DNA from: Saprolegnia diclina VS20
Lineage: Eukaryota
DNA length: 38,607 bases
Assembly (NCBI RefSeq): GCF_000281045.1
Contig: NW_008246142.1
Coordinates: 108,050 to 146,656 of the forward strand
Direction: 5' to 3'
Shown: positions 11,144 to 20,938 of the stretch, in pieces
How positions within the stretch are numbered: the first letter of the stretch is position 1
Layout of the letters: each line of letters opens with the position of its first letter
Position numbers and translations under genes: made by a program
Notes under the pieces: model-generated
What the model saw: the letters and a program-made list of their open reading frames with translations, nothing else
Databases searched by the model: none
What the model was told of the DNA's origin: nothing

Positions 11144-13205
11144 GCGGCAAAGATGTTAAATGCGTCAAACGCGTCACGTGGCGCGCGTCAAACCGTCGGC
11201 CCGTGACGTCTGTTTTTTTTGCCACGCGTTGCGTTGACTGTGTATTTGTATGGTGTGTGGCATGAAAGAATAAAAAGATGGAAGCGGCGAAACGGCCTGG
11301 ATGCGCCGAACGTTCCGGCGGTTTCAAGATTTAACGCATGCGTTAAACGCGACACGGGATCGATTCGACGGTGGCGAGAGTCGAGCTGATTCATTAACGG
11401 CCAAACTGAATGGTAAAAGTTGTTTTTGCGTGGCAACTAGAGGGCGGTGTCGAGAGATTTGGATGCGTAGCTTTCGTGCTTTTGGCGACCTTGGAGTTCC
11501 GCAAAAGCTGTTGGGCGTACCGGTACCCAAGTTCTTTGGATTGTGAGTGGCCGTGGCGATGACGCCGTGTCATCGATCCCAATGTACAACCATGATGCAC
11601 AACTTACGTTATACTTTTGTGTGTGCGCGCTTTATTTGCATTAACGTTAACACTACTTTTTCAGTATTGCGAGCAACTAGACAAGCATCCAGAGCTGCAC
11701 CCAGCCGACCGCTCACCCAGCAAGCTCTTATTGCACGTAAAATTCGACGGACGCATTTCAACGACAACGACTCTCTGACAAGTCGAAACCACTTGACTTG
11801 ACGTCCAGGAAATCGTTCAGTGGCGAAAAGCTCTGAGTACGAAGGAAGACGCACCGGTGGACAGACCCACCGGTGTGTCTTGTGGCGGTCATGACTGGCG
11901 GATCAGCCGCAAACTATGTGTGATCGGTTGCGATAACTTTTCTACAACGACTAGCGAAGCAGATCTCTGCTGGTACTGCAATCCAATTCCAGTGTAAATG
12001 AATTAGTGGGTGCACAGCAGCAAAACCTCGACCTTTGCCCTCACCAGTATTGTTGCGCAGCACTCTAGTGTAACCTCGATTGCTACTTGTATGATAAACA
12101 AATACGCTTGGCGGTACTTGGGTTCCAGCATCAGCGCATTGACCAGCGAGAGTGCAGAGCTTGGTTGCACAAGCTCTGCGTGCCCACATTGTACACGTGT
12201 GGCCCAACGGAAAACTCACTAAAACAACTTGGTGTTTGTATACCATGGATGGATCTTTCGCACGTGACAAATGCAGCTTTGGCATTTCACACACAATTTA
12301 CACCTAGCCATCGCCTTGCCACAGCGTGAGCAATGAAAGGCTACTCCTTTCACAAAGAACCGGAATGCTCCTGAATCAGAAACTCTGCGCAATGTGGACG
12401 CATGACGTAGGTATCGAAGGAATTGCCCGACAAGTTCAACAAGATCTGCCGGACCATGCGTTGCAAACGATAGACGAGGACAACAGTGTCGCTACGTCAA
12501 CGAGCGTCTGTCGACGGCTGAAAATACTTTGGGCTGCTTCCTGCGAGGTCCAAAGACTGGTACGACGAGAACCAAACGCCAAACAGCGTACTAGCAAGTC
12601 GGTTTCATAGTGTTAAGATTACTTCAATTTTCTGCGAGCGATTGCTTCAGCGAATCTCGTGGCGTCGACCTGACAGATGCCCTCTGATTTTGCTTTTTGC
12701 GGTCGTCAAAGCCGTGGATCTATCGAACTGCCTCGTACCGGTAACGACCTCTGGCGTGATTGAAGGCCAGTGTCGAGGAGAGGAAAAGAAGAATCAAGTG
12801 CACACATCGCAGGTTGTGGCACGAGTTCATTCATCCAATATAAAGGAATCACCGCCGCACGTCTGATATTAGAACCAGCGCCATGTCGCTCGGTTGAAAC
12901 GTACAGGAGATTGTTCGATCGACCAGCTCCCAATTCGTGGTTGGTTTTATTAATAGTCGTGGCATCGAACCCTCGCGCTATCAAGAGCAAATACTACTAG
13001 TACGTACTACTGTGCTGGGTCCGGGCCACATGTTCTGATAATGCACCCGCCGTACTGCACCAGCTGGGCTCCAGTTGCAAACGTACTACACTGTAGTCGA
13101 ACACTCGAATTGCATCGGCCAACTTTCGGCCAGCATGAAAACGCGCTGCAAGACACCGTGATGCAGCGACGATGCAATACGTCCATCCAACGCACTAGTC
13201 GTGGC

Positions 13206-13247
13206 ACTGTTCTACTAACTGTTCTACTAACTGATCTACTAACTGTT
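13206..13247 (+). repeat. 12-bp tandem repeat x3.5 (unit TTCTACTAACTG)
   Basis: actgttctactaactgttctactaactgatctactaactgtt is directly visible. Confidence 0.85.
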
Positions 13248-13381
13248 ATGCTACGGTTGGTTGGATGCACCCAATGTGAAACGGGTCGGGTCATTCCCTA
13301 CTCGCGACGTTTCAAGCTACAGTAGGCACGAATGACCCGCTGACACGCAAAGGTTGCATTGCCCACTTCTGATTTCGCCTC

Positions 13382-15904
13382 ATGCCTCACAGCAGCGACG
13401 TGCTGCCATCGCCGTCCGTCGTCGTCATCGACGAGCCCGTCGTCGTCGAGGTCGCCAAGCCGCATGCAGCGTACCGGCCGGACGTCGACGGCCTTCGGAC
13501 GCTGGCCGTGCTGCCCGTGGTCGTCTTCCACGCATACCCGGACCTCTTTCCCGGCGGCTTTATCGGCGTCGACATCTTCTTTGTCATTTCCGGCTACCTC
13601 ATCTCTGGTATCCTCTTCAAGGAGAACCAGCGCGGCTCGTTTTCGTACGCGAGCTTTTACACGCGGCGGGTGCGGCGCATCTTTCCCACTTTGATCTTAG
13701 TCTTGAGCGCAACGCTGTGGATGGGCTATCTCTACTTGATGGCGGCCAAGCTCAAGGCACTCGCGGCGACGATGCTCGCGGGCACGCTCTTCTGCGCCAA
13801 CCTCCAAGTGCTCTCGCTGGAGCATTCGTACTTTGCGCTCGACATCAAGATGAACCCGCTCCTACATCTCTGGTCGCTCGGCGTCGAAGAGCAGTTTTAC
13901 ATATTTTGGCCGCTCCTCGCGTCGATGGTCATGCGACTGTCGTACAAGCGCGCGCTGCTTCTCCAAATGGCCGTGCTAATCGGTAGCTTCGGCTTCAACA
14001 TTGGCTTCATCGGCTACCACGACACCAACAACGTCTCGTTCTACAACCCGCTGAGCCGGTTTTGGCAAATGGCCATGGGCGGTCTCCTCGCGTACGTGAC
14101 AAAATTCAATCCGAACGAGGCGTACACGAGCGTCACCACGTCGCCCGGTGCAGCCAAGGCGTCGTCGTCGGCTCCGTCGCCACGTCGCAACCATCTGCTG
14201 TCCGTGTCGGGCCTTGTGTGCATCCTCGTTGGCTTTTACTGCATCAACGAAGCCCGCTTGTTTCCGGGCTTTTGGGCGCTGCTCCCAACCGTCGGTGCCA
14301 CCTTGCTCATCGCCGCAGGCCCCGACGCGATCATCAACCAGCATCTCCTCAGCAACCGCGTCGCGGTCTACATTGGCAAGATCAGCTACTGTCTCTACCT
14401 CTGGCACTGGCCGCTCCTCGTGTTTGCAAAAGAGCGGTACCCGGACGACCCGCCCATGTACGCCTCGCCGCTGACGATGCTTCTCGCGAGCTTCGTACTG
14501 AGTGTGCTCACATACAAGGACGTCGAGACGCCATTGCGCCGCAAGAAGGCGTGGTATGTGACCCCGACGCTCGTGCTATGTGTCGTCGCGCTCGGAATTG
14601 CTGCCTTGTGCGTCTACACCGACCCGTCGCAGTTTTCGGCCATTGAAATCGAAGTCGCCAAGTCGCTCACAGCCGCCGACGTCGAGATGGCACCCGTCGC
14701 CACGGCGCCCGCTGACTACCCCTCGCAGGTGCAGGCCCACGCGACCGAGGCAGGCAACAGTACGTGGACGTCGGTGCACGCGTCGAACGTACCGATCGTC
14801 GCTTCCGGGGCCCCGGTCGTCATCCCCGTCAATGCGTCCGTGCAGCTTGCTACTGCGGCCCCCGTCGTCGCCACCGACGCTCCTGTCAACGCGACCGAGG
14901 TCCGCGTTGTGGCGACGGCGGCACCGATCGTCGCCACGGCTGCACCGATCGTTGCGACGGCTGCACCGGTCTTGAAGAAGCGCCCGCCGACGACGCTGGC
15001 GATGGTGCGCAAGTCGCAAGTCGACGGCGCATGGAACACGGGCGCTGGCATCACGTGTCCCGCCGACTTGCCGTATGTGGCCAAAGCGATAACGCCCAAG
15101 CCATTTCCGTTCAAGGAGTTCATTAGCTCGGCGTACCCCGAAGTGTGCCAGCTGCTCAACCCGCACCACGAAGAGAACGGCGTCCTCGTCGTCCTTGGCG
15201 ACTCGCATGCAGACATGACCAAGCCTCGCATTGTACGTCTCTTTGAACAAGCTACGGCTGCGCAAAAGCCGTTCCCGACTGTCATCTTCAAGACGCGGTT
15301 TGGGCGCGCGCTGCTCTCGTGCCGTCCCGAGTTCTCGGCCAACATGGCCATGGTCAAGGCGCTCAAGCCGCAAGCCGTCCTCTTGGTAATCCACTGGATT
15401 CAGTACCTCAACCCCGCGGCCCCCGCGGGCGCGCCGCAGAGCTACCCACCCAAGTGCTGCTGGGAGAACGGCGTGCCGTGCAAGGACCAGAGCATGGCCG
15501 ACGTCGACGCGCTCTTGTTGGACCTCCAAGACGAGCTCATTGCGCTAAGGGACCTCGGGATCAAGGTCTTCCTCGTCGACCAGAGCCCCGAGTACGACCG
15601 CATGAACCCGGCAACGTGGCTCCACGGCGAGACCGTCAAGCTCCCGACCGAGCCCGTGCTCAAGTCGGTGTTCCAGCACGAGCGGCAATGGCTCTTTGAC
15701 CGCCTTCACCGTGTCGTCGCCAACTCGGATGCGACCTTGATCGACTACGCCGACAACTACTCGGACGGCGACAAGATCAAGTTTGTCGACGACGCCGGCG
15801 TGCCATACATTTGGATCTACAACCACTTGACGTCGACGGCCGCGCGGAACCACCTCTCGGTCGTCGATAGAGTCGTGGCGGCCGCCATGACGCGCCACGC
15901 ATAG
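13382..15904 (+). CDS. Acyltransferase-3 + SGNH domain O-acyltransferase (OatA/OafA-like), 840 aa
   Basis: YRPDVDGLRTLAV, GGFIGVDIFFVISGYLI, RRVRRIFP, HLWSLGVEEQFY, GKISYCLYLWHWP; about 11 TM helices; A/T/P/V linker; SGNH block I LGDSHA and terminal NHL. Intronless. Confidence 0.92.
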   Translation: MPHSSDVLPSPSVVVIDEPVVVEVAKPHAAYRPDVDGLRTLAVLPVVVFHAYPDLFPGGFIGVDIFFVISGYLISGILFKENQRGSFSYASFYTRRVRRIFPTLILVLSATLWMGYLYLMAAKLKALAATMLAGTLFCANLQVLSLEHSYFALDIKMNPLLHLWSLGVEEQFYIFWPLLASMVMRLSYKRALLLQMAVLIGSFGFNIGFIGYHDTNNVSFYNPLSRFWQMAMGGLLAYVTKFNPNEAYTSVTTSPGAAKASSSAPSPRRNHLLSVSGLVCILVGFYCINEARLFPGFWALLPTVGATLLIAAGPDAIINQHLLSNRVAVYIGKISYCLYLWHWPLLVFAKERYPDDPPMYASPLTMLLASFVLSVLTYKDVETPLRRKKAWYVTPTLVLCVVALGIAALCVYTDPSQFSAIEIEVAKSLTAADVEMAPVATAPADYPSQVQAHATEAGNSTWTSVHASNVPIVASGAPVVIPVNASVQLATAAPVVATDAPVNATEVRVVATAAPIVATAAPIVATAAPVLKKRPPTTLAMVRKSQVDGAWNTGAGITCPADLPYVAKAITPKPFPFKEFISSAYPEVCQLLNPHHEENGVLVVLGDSHADMTKPRIVRLFEQATAAQKPFPTVIFKTRFGRALLSCRPEFSANMAMVKALKPQAVLLVIHWIQYLNPAAPAGAPQSYPPKCCWENGVPCKDQSMADVDALLLDLQDELIALRDLGIKVFLVDQSPEYDRMNPATWLHGETVKLPTEPVLKSVFQHERQWLFDRLHRVVANSDATLIDYADNYSDGDKIKFVDDAGVPYIWIYNHLTSTAARNHLSVVDRVVAAAMTRHA
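14848..14973 (+). repeat. Coding 21-nt repeat (ATAAPIV-type heptad) in the AT3-SGNH linker
   Basis: ATAAPVV ATDAPVN ATEVRVV ATAAPIV ATAAPIV ATAAPVL. Confidence 0.8.
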
Positions 15905-16168
15905 TGCTCGCCTCCAACGACGCCAACTAGAGTCCTAGTCCATTTCCTAACTCCATCTCTATCTTAAATACAATCCAACTCGACTTTTATGCGGTCGGAG
16001 ACGCGGTTAACTGGACGTACAACAGCAACAAGGGTGGTACCTTGAACCAACGCTGCCGCCATCTTCGCGCCGTGCTCACCGCCTTGTAGCCGACACCGAA
16101 CATGACAAGGACGCCCAAGACAACAGTAATATATCACAAGTCCGAGGGGCATGCCACGCATTGGCCTC

Positions 16169-17441
16169 CTACGTGGCATGCGCAGCGTAGGGCTCGGGCG
16201 GCGCACGGTACGACGTTTCGCTTGGCGACACCGGCCACCCAGCATGGAAGCGGCGCTCGTCCGGGTCCATGCGCGCGAGCCAGAGACCGACAAGTGTCCA
16301 CATGGTCAGCACCGTCAAAAAGTCGAACGCAATTGCTGCCCGCAGTGGACCGCAGCGCAAGAGGGCCACGCTTCCGCAACCGGCGTTGAGATCGCTGGCC
16401 GCGGTGGACAAGCCGACGACGAGTCCCGCCAAGCTTAGAAGCACGTCGACGACCAGTGTGACTTTAGTCGTTGTTGTCAACGGCACATAGTGCACATCGT
16501 CGTCGTCGTCATCGTCCAACTCTTGACGAGGGCGGGAGGCAATGTCCTTGTAAACGACGACGATCAAGACGGCGCCTTGGAGAAGCAGCAGCACCAAGAC
16601 AACGAGCAGCGCTGTCCAAACGCCACCGCCAAGTTGCGTCGAGACGCCGTCGGCGGTTGTAACTACAATACACTGTCAGACCTTTTGTCGAGTCGGTGAT
16701 GAGAGTACCCGTGGGAAAGGCGCCAGCGAGCGCTGCGAGGCCGACACCCGCGCAGACTGCTTGGAGCACCCGGCCAACAACGGGCAAAAAGTGTGCGACC
16801 TCTTCCGACCAATCAAGCTCGTCGTCATCTTCGTCGTCCTCGCCGTGCTCATGCGCGTGAAGAGGTGGATTAGGTGCTTGCGGTCTCTGGCGATGCGCTC
16901 GCTTTCGGGCGATCACAAAGAGACATAGGAGCACGAGGAGCGCGAGGCCAATGAGGATGAGCCCGACTGCCATGCCAGTCGTGCCCGAGGAAGTCGCATC
17001 GCTCGTCAATGTGGTTTGGTTGCCTCTGCCAGCGTTATCGATCGGGCTGCGCGTCGTGATCGTCGTCACTGGCGGTGTCGTTGGGGACGTCGTGGTTGGC
17101 GTCGGTGTCGTTGTCGGTGCCGGCGTCGTCGTCTTGGGCGGCTTGGTTGTCGGCGCGTGCGTAAGCGCATCTTGCTTGCTTGGGTAAAAGCAAATGGAGC
17201 GCAAGGTCGATACGGTGATCGTGTTGATGCCGTCGCTCAAGGCGCAGTTGCTGAGGCGTGAGCTCAAGAAGCCGGTCGCGAGGAACGTGCCGCAGACGAC
17301 CGAGCCGCAGTCGCTCGCGACGAGGCTGAGGTCAACTCTGTTGTCCATTAAAGCGGACAGGAAGTCGCAGCTCGAGAAGCCCGGGAAGCCCTCGAGCGAC
17401 TTGAGCGCGCTGTTCAGCGCCTCTGCGCACGTCGCCGTCAT
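16169..17441 (-). CDS. Chimeric membrane protein: 6-Cys elicitin-like domain + Thr/Pro stalk + TM + acidic linker + MARVEL-like 4-TM domain, 408 aa, intron 16663-16708
   Basis: Continuous frame from ATG 17441 (MTATCAEAL...) through GLILIGLALLVLLCLFVIARKR and EDDEDDDELDW to GRVLQAVCAGVGLAALAGAFPT. A 46-nt GTAC..TAG intron at the same position and phase as in the 10369-11143 gene leads into the track ORF 16169-16597. Confidence 0.7.
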
Positions 17442-18148
17442 CGTCGAAAGTGTGCAAATCGAAGTGCGTTGATTGGCGGCTTTCCGCCAATCAGTGCGCG
17501 ACCAACTCAGATCCTTGCGGCGCTGACTTTTGCGCTGAGCTGAATTGCCGGACGGGACCCCGACTCTCCAAACTGCATCTACCAAGCGATTACATAATAT
17601 ATACATACTAGAGATACTATAAATGCAAACTTTAATGGGAGTATGAAGCGCTCGTGGGCAAGGGTTGGCTTCCGTACAAGCGCTTGTTGTGCGCGTATGA
17701 CGGAGTGTGGCGAACCAAGAGTGCATAAACTCTTGGGCGAACTGACCAAGGATAATATTGTCTATCCGCACGTTTACGAATTCGCGAATCCGTGAAGCAA
17801 TTGATATGAATGAATGCTCAAGTGAGTCAAGTGCCGAGATTTCGGATCGGAATGCGTTGTGAGAGCGTGCCACGTCATTTGTTGAGCCGGATAGACTTCG
17901 ACTATCCGGCGCCTTGGCCGACATCGGTTGCCGTTTGTGCTGAGGCAACTTGGCGTCTCTCGTTGACTGCGAGTGCGATGGAATTTCCCGCCGTTCCCAG
18001 CAGAGGATTTTGAGACCTGTTTAGACACGACCAGTGACTACCAGAACTACCGCCCGCAGAACACGATTGTTGTGACGTGGAGATGATTATGTTTGGGGTT
18101 GTATCAAAATGTCTTTCATTTATGTTTCATGTATCTAAGATACATTCC

Positions 18149-18652
18149 CTACACCAAGAGCAGCGCTAGACAGACGAGAAGCGACCACGTAGCCTTCATG
18201 GTTGGTCCCGACGGCGCTGCAAAGCTCGTCACGTTGGTGGCGTTGGGCTTGACCACCTCGGTGGTCGACGTCGCCGTCGTCGATAGTGGCCGCGCGGTCG
18301 TTGCCACGGCCGTCGTATTGGGCGCACTGGTCGTCGCAGGACGAGGCATGGTCGTCGGCGGCGTCGTCAACGCACTGAGCTTTGTTGGGGACAAACAGGT
18401 CGGACCAAAGTCCGAGATGGCCATTGTGTAGTTGGTGTCTCCGTCGGTCACGTTGCAGCCAAGGAGGTTTTCGTTCAAAAAGCCCGTCGTGATGAGCTTG
18501 ATGCAGTTTGGCGACAGAGTGCAGTCTTCAGCGAGGTAGTTCAGATAGGTGCCGTCGAGCGAGAGGAACCGGAGAAACCGGCAGCTGCCAAATCCCTTTT
18601 GATTCGAGAGTTTGCCCAGCGAGTCATGGAGCGCCTTGTAGCATGCCGTCAT
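18149..18652 (-). CDS. Elicitin-like 6-Cys protein with Thr/Pro tail and hydrophobic GPI-like C-terminus, 167 aa
   Basis: Cys spacing C-19-C-19-C-5-C-15-C-19-C (canonical elicitins are about 23-23-4-14-23); T/P/A-rich tail; ends WSLLVCLALLLV; several N-x-T sequons. The first ATG is 18652; the track start is a TTG. Confidence 0.7.
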   Translation of the reverse strand: MTACYKALHDSLGKLSNQKGFGSCRFLRFLSLDGTYLNYLAEDCTLSPNCIKLITTGFLNENLLGCNVTDGDTNYTMAISDFGPTCLSPTKLSALTTPPTTMPRPATTSAPNTTAVATTARPLSTTATSTTEVVKPNATNVTSFAAPSGPTMKATWSLLVCLALLLV

Positions 18653-19705
18653 CGTTGAGAAAACTAAAATGAGCCACCGCAACGCAGCGCCTCTTGCTTG
18701 CAACTGCTGGCCACAGATCGCCTCAAATCCGTCTCCGATTTCTGACTATCATTTCAGGTGACAACTGGACCTGAAATGGTCTGATCATGTTCACTGCAGT
18801 CGGGTCTCGGCAAGGCTGCTAGGCAGAGCGGCCGTGCAGTCTCTCACATCCAAGGGAATGAAACGGTATCCATGTACTCACAATGTTTTGTCAAATAAAC
18901 GTGTACCTTCACAACCGCAGCGTACGCGCCTTTGCCATCGCCACGGCAAGTCCACGGACAAGGCCATGCCTGTACTGGTTGTATCGAATTGCGGGCTGCG
19001 TCGAGTCGGAACGGGACGTTCTCGAGGTGCTCCACGCACAAGGGTGGTGGCCACTGCCAGCAGACCTCCCGCCCCTGGCTTCAGCGAAGGCGGGTTTTGT
19101 CCCGGAGCTGGCCGCTAGGGTTAGGCTTGGCGGGTATCAACGGAACTGCCAGCCCGGGCTTTAAAGCCACGCGTTCTCACGCAGTCCACCAGTTAAGCGG
19201 TCAATATAGACCGGAAGTGTTCACTTCCATTCTTTGCTTCCCCACTCACTTGTATCCCTGTTCCCCGTTCCCACTTGATGCATGTCCTTGGATGAGCAAG
19301 CAATCATGGTGCACGGAGCGACTGCGTGGAGCTGTTGTTGCAAATGTTGACGTACAACTGAAGGAAGTCGACATGCACAATCGCCCAGGAAGAGGCATTG
19401 TCGAAATATCGAATGCAGACTCGGGGCACTCACGAACGCATGGGACCAGAACATACCACTGGCTCGGCGCATGCAGCTTGGTGAGGTTTCCGTGTTGGTT
19501 GCTAGCACATTGCATAGTTTGGCGCTGTATATTGGTACAGAACGCTGAGAACGATTTGTAATTTGCTACCGTTGTCAACCACGCGACAGAGCAGAAGCCT
19601 ATGCTGGCAGTGTTTTGATAAACAACAATGTCCTAGCCATGGCGAAGAAATTGGCATGAACTGTATTTATCTCCGAAAACCCAGGCAACTGAAAACCTTT
19701 ACTAC

Positions 19706-20215
19706 CTACATCAAGAGCAGCGCTAGACAGACGAGAAGCGACCACGTAGCCTTCACGGTTGGCCCGGACGGCGCTGCGAAGCTCGTCACATTGGTAGCGT
19801 TGGACTTGACCACCTCGGCGGTCGTCGCCGTTGTTGTCGATAGTGGCCGCGCCGTCGTTGCCACGGCCGTCGTATTGGGCGCACTCGTCGTTGTAGGGCG
19901 TGGCGTGGTCGTTGGGTTTCTTGTGAACGCGCTGAGCTTTGTAGGGGACGAGCAAGTCGGGCCAAAGTCCGAGATGGCCATCGAGTAGTTGGTACGGACG
20001 TCCGTCACGGTGCAGCCAATGAGGCTTTCGTTCAAAAAACCCGTCGTGATGATCTTGGCGCAGGTCAGCGACAAGGTACAGTCGGCGGCGAGGTCCTCCA
20101 GAAAGGTGCCGTTGAGTGAGAGCCCCCGCAAAAATGGGCAATTGCCATAGCGCTGTTGGTACGTGTTTGAGAGGTTGTTCAGCGTATATCGAAGCGCTTC
20201 GTAGCATGCCGTCAT
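19706..20215 (-). CDS. Elicitin-like 6-Cys protein, tandem paralog of 18149-18652, 169 aa
   Basis: Cys spacing 21-19-5-15-19; shares ITTGFLNE, MAISDFGPTC, SAPNTTAVATTARPLSTT and ATWSLLVCLALLL with its neighbour. Confidence 0.7.
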   Translation of the reverse strand: MTACYEALRYTLNNLSNTYQQRYGNCPFLRGLSLNGTFLEDLAADCTLSLTCAKIITTGFLNESLIGCTVTDVRTNYSMAISDFGPTCSSPTKLSAFTRNPTTTPRPTTTSAPNTTAVATTARPLSTTTATTAEVVKSNATNVTSFAAPSGPTVKATWSLLVCLALLLM

Positions 20216-20938
20216 CGTCGTCAAAATGAAAATGCGCCACTACAGCGCAGTGCCTGTTGCCTACAACCGCTGGCAACCCATCGACTTACATGCGTCATCG
20301 CATTCTGACGCTCGTTTCAGGGTCAACTGAAACCAGACTTTGGATGTACGGTAAGCGTCCATCCTGCTCACTCTTGTTCCTGTCCACTGGACTGTAACTA
20401 TCACGCTATGAGCCTACCACCACACATCTTTTTCAGGCGATGCGATGTTGAATCAACCATAAAATGGTTGATTCATTTACGTCCACCGGATTGGCCACTC
20501 GTTTGATAAGGTAAGATTGTGCAAGGTGCTCTCTCTTGCAGCGACATCAGAAGCAAAACCAGTACCCAGAACCATTGGAGATATGGTCAAGTAGAGCTCA
20601 AGGGCGTGGATGTGCGTTTGCGTCATACAGTATGTGGCTGGGAGGATGACCACAAAGAATGGCGCTGTCGAAAATAAGTGTACTACAGTAGTACCCTTCC
20701 AGGAGCGCCAGACTCTGGTCGTGCGGCGCTGTCGTCCATCTCGCCAGATTCTCAGCACGATCTCGAAGTGAATGGGAAGAATTACCGGTAGTTAGTGTAG
20801 ATGCATTACCTAGTGTCTAATGCAAATATGAGGCAAAACTGGGCAAAACCTAACCTTTCCGCTGAATCTGCCACGTCATCTCTTGGTTTTTGTAGCGAGC
20901 GTGTAACCGGCGACTTTCGAGCTGCAGTCATCGTGCTC

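Noticed and set aside
11550..13200. Many short ORFs as possible transposon or hidden genes
   Set aside because: No transposase, RT or integrase motifs, and no coding-type codon bias that I can recognise.
17442..17948. 169-aa N-terminal extension of the track ORF 16509-17948
   Set aside because: AT-richer, promoter-like sequence with atypical codons. Paralogs start at the equivalent ACG-ATG-ACG context, and an INR-like element precedes 17441.
18653..18703. Signal-peptide-like extension LQARGAALRWLILVFST from a TTG start
   Set aside because: Non-AUG start, it overlaps the INR/FPR element, and the paralog has an in-frame stop in the equivalent stretch.
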